DNA from: a virus
Taxonomy: Duplodnaviria; Caudoviricetes
Direction: 5' to 3' (one strand)
DNA: 64,000 bases
Virus record (IMG/VR): IMGVR_UViG_2885593961_000002
Coordinates: 14,432 to 78,431 of that record
The notes beneath the pieces are model-generated. The model did no database searches. It saw only the letters and a program-made list of their open reading frames with translations, and was not told where the DNA came from. Position numbers and translations under genes: made by a program. Shown here piece after piece: positions 18,627-25,354 of this stretch; position 1 is the first letter of the stretch; each line of letters opens with the position of its first letter.

Positions 18627-18902
18627 TCAGTGCTCCCCGTATGCCGATTCGATCGACTTCCCCGAGTGAACACAAACCATGTTCGCGTCTTCCCAGTTGA
18701 TATCCATCGCGATCACCTTCCAGCCACCGTGCTTGTCATTTGCGATGATCGCGTCGCGGACAAGACCTGCGTTTTCTTTTGCGGCCTCGAACGACAGCGT
18801 TTCGCAATCGGATGTGATGAAGTAACACGGATAGCCGCCCGGCCAAGTGTAGGGACCGTGGTCCAGCGCCTTGTTGAAGTCGAATACGTGCTTGATGTTC
18901 AT
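18627..18902 (-). CDS. hypothetical phage protein (91 aa)
   Basis: YTWPGGYPCYFITSDCETLS...INWEDANMVC..SG..IESAYGE. Confidence 0.75.
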   Translation of the reverse strand: MNIKHVFDFNKALDHGPYTWPGGYPCYFITSDCETLSFEAAKENAGLVRDAIIANDKHGGWKVIAMDINWEDANMVCVHSGKSIESAYGEH

Positions 18903-18912
18903 CGCATCCGCC

Positions 18913-19218
18913 TCAGAAGACGTACTCGTCGTTGTGGTAGACGGTCAGCACCACCGGGGTGTCGGCCGTCATGTACGGGTTGTAGGCGATACCCGTAACC
19001 TTTGCTCCGGTCTCGCGTTCGAATCGAGCGATCGTCTTTCTGATGTGGTCGCTCAACTGAAACTGGAGAATGTCACGAGCGAACTTCACTTCTCGCTTCG
19101 TGTAAGGGGTAGGTTCAGGTTGAATCGTTGCGTTGGCGATCAGCTTGTCGATAGCGACAACGGCAGCGGTGTTTGCGTCATCGTCCTTCGTGATCGGGGC
19201 CAGTTCTTGCGTGCTCAT
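18913..19218 (-). CDS. hypothetical protein
   Basis: Leader CACCACCACCACGCAGGATCAAAAC-ATG. Confidence 0.7.
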   Translation of the reverse strand: MSTQELAPITKDDDANTAAVVAIDKLIANATIQPEPTPYTKREVKFARDILQFQLSDHIRKTIARFERETGAKVTGIAYNPYMTADTPVVLTVYHNDEYVF

Positions 19219-19243
19219 GTTTTGATCCTGCGTGGTGGTGGTG

Positions 19244-19420
19244 TTAGCTTGCCCGGTACTCCGGGTACATCTGAGCAATTTCGGATCGACTCGTGACCGT
19301 GTAGTCGTCGTGCATCCAACGGCCGATAAAGCTCTGCGCGTCGGCTGCGGAGTCGAAACCCGCGACGATGAATTTCGTCTTGCGGTTGATCACGTAATAC
19401 GGGAAGTTGGGGTTGGTCAC
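19244..19420 (-). CDS. small hypothetical protein (58 aa, absent from ORF track)
   Basis: Translated by hand: MTNPNFPYYVINRKTKFIVAGFDSAADAQSFIGRWMHDDYTVTSRSEIAQMYPEYRAS; GTGA overlap with the upstream stop. Confidence 0.65.
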   Translation of the reverse strand: MTNPNFPYYVINRKTKFIVAGFDSAADAQSFIGRWMHDDYTVTSRSEIAQMYPEYRAS

Positions 19421-20061
19421 GCCGGCACTCCCTCGCGCTCCTCTCGCACTCTGTCGTAGCTCGGGTCGCTGTACTTCGCGAAGAGATGCGGAAACGCTTC
19501 TTCGATCCGTCGACAGTTCGACATGTCAGCGTTGATCCATGCGTGGGCCAGTTTCCGAGCAAACTCGCCGGCGAAGTCGCGCATGTTGAATGCCATGCGC
19601 TGCCGCTCAGCGTAGGACCGCGACGAGATCGGATGCGGGCGTTGCTTCAGGCACATGCGACCGTGCTGTGCGTACATGGCAGCAAGACGCTGCTCGTGTG
19701 TCTCCTGCATGCCAGCAAAATGCTCGAGCATCGCCGTCAGGTGGAGAATCACGTCACGCTCGTTGAGCGATTCAGCTCGATCAGTCACGGTGCGTTGATC
19801 CTCCAGCTCGTAATACCAAGCCTTGCGTAGATGCGGGCCGTCTTGATGGTTCTTGATCACCATGCCGCACTGCTTGGCCATGTTGTCGATGAGCACGTCG
19901 AGCGGCAGGTTCACGTCGCGTTGTTCATCGTTCAGCTGCTCGAACACGCTTGCAGTAAGCACAATCTGCATCGCTCGTTCGACGTATGGTGCGCGCTGGC
20001 CAGCGTCGCTCATCATCTCTTCGAAACTTTCAAACGGGCCGTAGGTGGTGGTGTTGCCCAT
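19417..20061 (-). CDS. hypothetical protein (214 aa)
   Basis: C-terminal AGEFARKLAHAWINADMSNCRRIEEAFP motif. Confidence 0.75.
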   Translation of the reverse strand: MGNTTTYGPFESFEEMMSDAGQRAPYVERAMQIVLTASVFEQLNDEQRDVNLPLDVLIDNMAKQCGMVIKNHQDGPHLRKAWYYELEDQRTVTDRAESLNERDVILHLTAMLEHFAGMQETHEQRLAAMYAQHGRMCLKQRPHPISSRSYAERQRMAFNMRDFAGEFARKLAHAWINADMSNCRRIEEAFPHLFAKYSDPSYDRVREEREGVPA

Positions 20062-20078
20062 GATGTTTGATCCTTGGT

Positions 20079-20357
20079 TCAGGTTGAACCAATCAGAGCG
20101 TCGAACTCTTCTTGGTCAAGGTGGTAGTTGCGTTGGGATTGCGCGTCCTCCGTTACGAGGCGTGCCGCGACGTCCCAGGTCTCAGCCGTATTGCGCTGGC
20201 AACCGTAGACAAAGTAGTCCCAATGCCCGTCGTCACGCGGCACGATGAAGACCGGAAGGCCCTTCACCAGCGCGCAATCAACGATCGGCTTGCCCGCGAT
20301 ACTCGGGCACCGACCTTTTCTCCATTCGACGGGATTGGGCCGACGTGAGAACAACAT
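20079..20357 (-). CDS. hypothetical protein (92 aa)
   Basis: GGAGG RBS; stop codon lies inside a palindromic motif copy. Confidence 0.65.
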   Translation of the reverse strand: MLFSRRPNPVEWRKGRCPSIAGKPIVDCALVKGLPVFIVPRDDGHWDYFVYGCQRNTAETWDVAARLVTEDAQSQRNYHLDQEEFDALIGST

Positions 20358-20378
20358 GGCCCCTCCTAGAAAATCCGC

Positions 20379-20669
20379 TCAGCTGTAGACCGGCTCCAGC
20401 GGCAGATGCGTAGCCGCGTTGCTGAACTCCTGCAACACGTCACGGATGACTCTTGCGTTGCGTCGATTGAGAACCAGCGTTGCGCACATGCGATCGAACG
20501 TTGCCTGCTCGATCTTGCTCGTGATCGCGCCGTGCTCTTCCTGATAGAACTTCAACAGGCGCTGCCTCAATTTCGCCGGCACCGTGGTCGAGCATTCGTG
20601 TTCGGCACATTCGCGCTGCGTGGCGAACTCCCTGCCGTCCGAACTGGTGTACTTGCGGATCTCACGCAT
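20379..20669 (-). CDS. hypothetical protein (96 aa)
   Basis: Y.SSDGREF.TQREC..HE; N-terminus resembles that of the next gene. Confidence 0.7.
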   Translation of the reverse strand: MREIRKYTSSDGREFATQRECAEHECSTTVPAKLRQRLLKFYQEEHGAITSKIEQATFDRMCATLVLNRRNARVIRDVLQEFSNAATHLPLEPVYS

Positions 20670-20672
20670 GGC

Positions 20673-20987
20673 TCACCCCAGGATCGATTGCGACTGGGAA
20701 CGCTCGGTGGCCTGCTGCACGAGTTCCAACCCGTCGAGTTCGAGCCTGCCACTCTTGATCTGCTCAAGAATCTTCTCGACTTGCTGGAGGTTGTTGATGA
20801 CCCCGTCGACGATCTTCATCAGCGGCTCGTCCTGCAACGCAACGCCGCACGACGCCTTCGCGTACTCATCGTTGATGATCTGCGCGAGGTTGTCGGGTAA
20901 TACCACGGTCACTTCGTGGCGCAATGCCTCGACGTAATTGGTGAACTGCCGGCCATCGGCCGTCACATATGTCTCGATAGTCTTCAT
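20673..20987 (-). CDS. hypothetical protein (104 aa)
   Basis: YVTADGRQFTNYVEALRHE; preceded by CCCACCACC. Confidence 0.7.
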   Translation of the reverse strand: MKTIETYVTADGRQFTNYVEALRHEVTVVLPDNLAQIINDEYAKASCGVALQDEPLMKIVDGVINNLQQVEKILEQIKSGRLELDGLELVQQATERSQSQSILG

Positions 20988-21026
20988 GGTGGTGGGTTCT
21001 CTTCAGGGAATGCAGGCCGATCTCTG

Positions 21027-21143
21027 TCAGCTCGTGAACACGGTCAAGATCGGTCGAATGTCCTGCTCACTGTCTTCACGCGACTTGAACAGCTCGTCGA
21101 TTGCGTCAAACAGTTGGGGAGCCTCGGAATAGATAGAGTTCAT
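21027..21143 (-). CDS. possible 38-aa protein
   Basis: MNSIYSEAPQLFDAIDELFKSREDSEQDIRPILTVFTS fills the gap in the run. Confidence 0.4.
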   Translation of the reverse strand: MNSIYSEAPQLFDAIDELFKSREDSEQDIRPILTVFTS

Positions 21144-21183
21144 GGTCTACGTTGATTCTTCTTGTTAGGTCTCAGGCGATGGT

Positions 21184-21591
21184 TCAAGTTGAACCTATCG
21201 GGTGTGGGTCGACGCCTTGAAACAACGCGTGATGAAAGACGTCGTGCAGGTAATCCTTGATGCTGTTCCGGTTTCGGCCAGTGATCCGGATAACAGCCCC
21301 CGTTTCCAGCGATGGCGTGACGATCACGTGGTGTTCCGACCATCCGTCGTACATCCCGTGTCCGTTCATGTGGTGAAAATCAGCTTGAAATACCAGCTTG
21401 TTGCTCTTGCATTCGCCTTCGAGCAGTTGCGTGCCCGAGTCAAGGCCCGAGCCTGAAGGAAGCATGTCGAGCAGCTTTCGGAGGTGCGCTTCGTGGTTTG
21501 GCAGGAAGGAGCTGCGTGCGGACTTGCAGCGCTCGATAGTCGCGAGCGTGGACGCAATCGCGGCATAAAGCGGCATGGTGGTGGTGTGCAT
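21184..21591 (-). CDS. hypothetical phage protein (135 aa)
   Basis: LPSGSGLDSG...FHHMNGHGMYDGWSEH.V.VTPSL motif. Confidence 0.75.
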   Translation of the reverse strand: MHTTTMPLYAAIASTLATIERCKSARSSFLPNHEAHLRKLLDMLPSGSGLDSGTQLLEGECKSNKLVFQADFHHMNGHGMYDGWSEHHVIVTPSLETGAVIRITGRNRNSIKDYLHDVFHHALFQGVDPHPIGST

Positions 21592-21715
21592 GATTCCTAG
21601 CGGAATGGTTTTGCCAGAGGCTCTATATGCCGCTGGCGTTGTTTTAGGCTAGGTGGGTATACGGGAGATCCCGCAGTGCCCGCCTGGGCCTGGGAAAACG
21701 GTCTGGCCCGGAGAT

Positions 21716-22111
21716 TCAGCCGAAGATGTGCGCCCACACTCCGATCACGGCCAGTATCACGGTCGCGAGAGCGCACAGTCTGCCGATGGTGCGATCGGCG
21801 GAATCAGCGGAAGCCAGCTCGCGAGCGGTGAGTTCCACCCGGACGTTCCAGCCGCGGATGGTTCGAGTCGTCGAGACCGTGGTCGTCCGCACATAGGCTC
21901 GGGCGTCATACAGCGAAGGTGCAAGTTGCACGTTTCGCGGAGCACGAGCTGGAGCGAGGACGACGAGCGCGCGGCCTGCTACTGGAGCACGAGCTAGAGC
22001 ACGAGCTGGAGCGGTAGCGAGCAACGCGTTTCTTTGAGCGGTCTCGATTACTTGCTGCGAGGGGGACAAGCATATCCGGTTTACAGGTGTAATTTTCATT
22101 GTCTTTGGCAT
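21716..22111 (-). CDS. possible membrane-anchored protein
   Basis: C-terminal hydrophobic helix; Ala/Pro/Arg repeats; start uncertain. Confidence 0.35.
   Translation of the reverse strand: MPKTMKITPVNRICLSPSQQVIETAQRNALLATAPARALARAPVAGRALVVLAPARAPRNVQLAPSLYDARAYVRTTTVSTTRTIRGWNVRVELTARELASADSADRTIGRLCALATVILAVIGVWAHIFG
21940..22013. repeat. three copies of GAGCACGAGCT
   Basis: At 21940, 21985 and 21997; the first and third extend to 17 bp. Confidence 0.85.
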
Positions 22112-22162
22112 TTATCGTATAGACGCGACAGAAACGCGATTCGGTAGCGCGTCGCAAATTCA

Positions 22163-22269
22163 GAGGGGACAAGGATGGAGGTCTGATTCGTTTCTTATAT
22201 AAAACTAGAACTATCAGATAGATGCGATCTCGCAATGAAGTCGACTTTGGCGCTCATCCTTGTCCCCTC
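22163..22269. repeat. 15-bp perfect inverted repeat around an AT-rich 77-bp spacer
   Basis: GAGGGGACAAGGATG (22163-22177) and CATCCTTGTCCCCTC (22255-22269). Confidence 0.9.
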
Positions 22270-22550
22270 CCTTTTCTTCTTCGGAACGGAAAGAGAAAGA
22301 GAAAAAGAAGAGAAGTTAAATAGCTAAGTCATTGATTACAGACGACAAACCAACACAACTATCAGATAGTTGCCGCTGCGCTTTGCACCCCTCCTGGCCA
22401 TTGACCGGAGCTGGAGTTGGAGGGGGCGTGGTAGCGGACTAGGGACAAGGAAAATTATGTTGTATAGAAACAACATAGTTTCAGGTGCCGGGTTACGCTC
22501 CGCACATTCGCTACCGCTCCCACAAAATCTCCCGGTCCAACTATCAGATA
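22209..22550 (+). repeat. three direct copies of AACTATCAGATA
   Basis: 22209-22220, 22357-22368, 22539-22550. Confidence 0.9.
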
Positions 22551-22702
22551 TATGTGCGCGTTTCGCGTAACGCGGAATACCGCACGATTAACCATTTCGG
22601 TTCAAGTTGAACGTTTGCACTCGCTTTATTTCCCACTTATCGAATGCGCCCCATACCAATAACGACACGATCGCCAATGCCGCTACCGCTCCCGCGACCA
22701 TG

Positions 22703-23083
22703 TCAGCGCCCTCCGCGCAGCGCGCGCAACGTTGCCCCGTCGCGGACGGTCGCGCCCCATGCGTCGACCAGCCGGCCGAGATCGCACCGGACCTCCTGGA
22801 CCTGCACTTCGCGCCTGTATCGCGCCTCTGCCGCCCGCTGCCGCTTCCGCGTCATGGGTTGTGCTACCGCTTCTGCCGCAGGAGCGGTAGCGGCTTCGCG
22901 GGCGAACTCGGGCCATTCGTCTTCCGGGAGGTTGGCCCGGATCATCGCGATGCACGCCAGCCGCTCGGCGCGCTCGCCGTGCTGCTGATCAAACCGGAAC
23001 GCGCGCTGATACTGGCGCTGCGCGTCAAGGCCGCTGGAAATCGCTTTCGAATAGTTGCTGATCGTCGGATCAAGGTAGCGCAT
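22703..23083 (-). CDS. hypothetical early protein (126 aa)
   Basis: GGAG RBS; palindrome copy directly upstream. Confidence 0.6.
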   Translation of the reverse strand: MRYLDPTISNYSKAISSGLDAQRQYQRAFRFDQQHGERAERLACIAMIRANLPEDEWPEFAREAATAPAAEAVAQPMTRKRQRAAEARYRREVQVQEVRCDLGRLVDAWGATVRDGATLRALRGGR

Positions 23084-23322
23084 CGGAATTCTCCGGATAG
23101 TTCAACTTGCACTTTTCATCCAGTTTCCCGATCAAGCCGCCTACTGGGCGCTACTATGCCTGCCGCAGAGGCATGACCGGATTCATGGATGTGAAGGTGC
23201 CCTTGCGACCGGCGCGTAAGCGGTAGCGCCGGCCCCCTATAGGGCGAAGAAAAAGGAACGACTCACGCCACCACGCGCGAGCCGTTCAAACCTGCCCAGT
23301 CTGGCAACTGGGCGGGGTTGAC

Positions 23323-24081
23323 TTACGCTGCTACCGTTTCAGTCTCAGCGACTGCGATATTCAGGGCTGCTGCTGCCTGAACGTCAGCGAGAATCGTTTG
23401 TGCAAAGAACTGCCGATCCGAATCGGACATGCCAGCCATGACCGCACGCACGGATTCAGCGAAACGCGCCGCGTTTTCGCGCGATACGTCCGCAACGCTG
23501 CGGTTATCGGCTTCTTTCACCTCTGCGGCCGGCGCTTGTGCGGGTTGTGCATCGCTCGCGGGCACTTCAGGCGTGCTGCTCGTCACTTCAGACGGAGTCT
23601 TTGCGGTTGCGCCTTTCGGCTCGCGCTTGCCGGCCGCTTTTGCGAACCCGAACGCGGCAAACAACGCGTCTTGCGATGTGCAGCCCATGCCGAGAAGCCA
23701 CGCGCGCACGATACCGGCCGCGTCTTCGTCTTTCTCTGCGTTCGCGATTTCCGTCACGGGCGCACCCTTGTCGGCTGCTTGCTTCGCGATGCCAACCGAT
23801 TTTTCCGCGTAACGCTTCGCGGTCGGAAACGCGGCGCGCGTGGCGCTAACACGATCGGCCGCGCCCATCTCCGCCCACTTTTTACCGGCGCGTTGCTCGG
23901 CGATTTGCTCGCTCAACACGTCAATCAAACGAGCCGCGTAGCCGCGCGCGCCGTGATTGTCGTCGCGAAGGCACAAGGCAACGATTGCCGAGTAAGCGCG
24001 CGTGATTGCGCTGCGTTCCGTGCCGATGATTTCCTTCGCGGCATAGGTTGCCGCGCCCGATGCAATTTGAAACTCAGCCAT
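23323..24081 (-). CDS. hypothetical Ala-rich early protein (252 aa), first gene of the leftward arm
   Basis: Long ORF with two palindrome copies upstream. Confidence 0.75.
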   Translation of the reverse strand: MAEFQIASGAATYAAKEIIGTERSAITRAYSAIVALCLRDDNHGARGYAARLIDVLSEQIAEQRAGKKWAEMGAADRVSATRAAFPTAKRYAEKSVGIAKQAADKGAPVTEIANAEKDEDAAGIVRAWLLGMGCTSQDALFAAFGFAKAAGKREPKGATAKTPSEVTSSTPEVPASDAQPAQAPAAEVKEADNRSVADVSRENAARFAESVRAVMAGMSDSDRQFFAQTILADVQAAAALNIAVAETETVAA

Positions 24082-24546
24082 GTTAGTACCCCTAAGCGTA
24101 GGTTGCGAATGGCGCGGGATTGCGCCGTTTGCTTTGGTTCAACTTGCACCTTTCATCTACTGCGCTGCGAAAGGTTCAACGTTGCACCTTTGGGACTGAC
24201 CCGTGCGCAAGGCGCACGTCTCCCCCAGCGCGCACGGGGCGCATGCCCCGCGGTCGCTGCGTTACTGCATTTACCACGGTTATAAGGATACTATGATTTA
24301 GCGCGAAGGGGTTGCGCTGCGGTTTCGACTATGGTAGGCACACTGTTTTTGAATTTTTCGATTTTCCAACCATAGTATGTTTTATACTGATTGCGCTACC
24401 GCCCCAGCCCCTAGCCGTGCGGCCGGCAAGCGTCGACGCAACCGAAACATCTGGTAACAACATTTTGGGGACGGATATTGCGGCATAGGCCGCTTGGACT
24501 CCGAATGTTCTGGCCCCCGCTCTCAGCACGACCCCATGAAGCAGAG

Positions 24547-25122
24547 ATGACAATGGAGAAAGAGAAACTAAAGCGCCAAGACTTTACAGTTGAGATGGCG
24601 CGTGAGCACTTTGGCTACGATCCGGTAGTCGGTCGCGTTATTCGTCTGACAAACAGCCCAAGAGGACCTAAGTCTGCCGGAAAAGTCGCCAGCTCCTTAC
24701 ATAAGGCGTCAGGTTTTCGGCAGATAGTTTTCAAAGGGCTTGTCATCTATGAGCATCATCTCGTATGGGCACTAGCTTATGGATACTGGCCTACAGGGTC
24801 GATTCGACATCGCGACAATGACAAGCAAAACAACCAGGTAGAGAACCTGTTTGACCCCGCTCAAGTTGTAACCGTAAGTAACCTTGCAGACACGAAAGAC
24901 GCCTTCCCTGGCGTCATCGTTACTAACTCCGGGAACTATCGAGCGACAATTTATCGAGATAAGGCAATCCACCTTGGTACGTTCGCAAGCCCTGTAGAAG
25001 CGCATGAGATGTACCTTGCTGCCAAAGTCGTTCTTCATAGTCCTCTTAACAGAGGAGTAAGTACCGATGAACTCTTAAAACCTCTTTTGATAAGCCGAAA
25101 GGGACTTGCAAAGGTAGGATGA
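24547..25122 (+). CDS. HNH endonuclease with C-terminal AP2-like DNA-binding domain
   Basis: HHLVWALAYGYWP..SIRHRDNDKQNNQVENL followed by GV...GNYRATI...IHLGTF.SP.EAH..Y. Confidence 0.88.
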   Translation: MTMEKEKLKRQDFTVEMAREHFGYDPVVGRVIRLTNSPRGPKSAGKVASSLHKASGFRQIVFKGLVIYEHHLVWALAYGYWPTGSIRHRDNDKQNNQVENLFDPAQVVTVSNLADTKDAFPGVIVTNSGNYRATIYRDKAIHLGTFASPVEAHEMYLAAKVVLHSPLNRGVSTDELLKPLLISRKGLAKVG

Positions 25123-25306
25123 GACAGGTACAGTTAACAAAGTGCTTGATGATCTGTGGTGGTGAGTCAAGCATGACAGGTTGAGAGACTTGTCTCAGAC
25201 AGTCGAGGTGGCCAGCCTCACTGTCAGCCCTCTTCAGGGGCATGTTTTGATCAATGTTAGCTGTTAGGTCGCCCCGAGGATTAGCTACCCTCGGGGCGAT
25301 TTTTTT
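25123..25306 (+). ncRNA. candidate structured RNA (3' UTR-derived) with a GUGGUGGUGAG loop
   Basis: Hairpins at 25143-25173 and 25198-25225, ending in a strong terminator; expression not shown. Confidence 0.3.
25269..25306 (+). terminator. intrinsic terminator
   Basis: TCGCCCCGAGG/CCTCGGGGCGA stem followed by T7. Confidence 0.85.
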
Positions 25307-25354
25307 CGTACTCGCGTTTTTAATAGTTCTCTTCGCGGTTGTACATGCTCAACA

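Larger units (their letters stand above)
12647..24187. promoter_or_regulatory. dispersed palindromic operator-like motif GT(T/G)CA-N3-TG(A/C)AC, 11 copies
   Basis: Copies start at 12647, 16300, 17823, 19113, 20077, 21182, 21919, 22600, 23100, 24137, 24174. Confidence 0.7.

Noticed and set aside
21940-22900. Short repeats as a CRISPR array
   Set aside because: Repeats are 11-17 bp, irregularly spaced and in mixed orientation; no cas genes.
12647-24187. Palindrome as a LexA/SOS box
   Set aside because: GTTC-N5-GAAC does not fit CTGT-N8-ACAG, GAAC-N4-GTTC or the GTTC-N7-GTTC direct repeat.
25046-25243. 65-aa minus-strand ORF
   Set aside because: Not listed as a feature: it has a phage-type leader but overlaps the HNH gene antisense and lacks protein-like features. 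It is kept as the alternative to the sRNA idea.
24547-25306. HNH gene as part of a group I intron
   Set aside because: No interrupted host gene flanks it, I could not identify P7 or other core elements, and it ends in an ordinary terminator.
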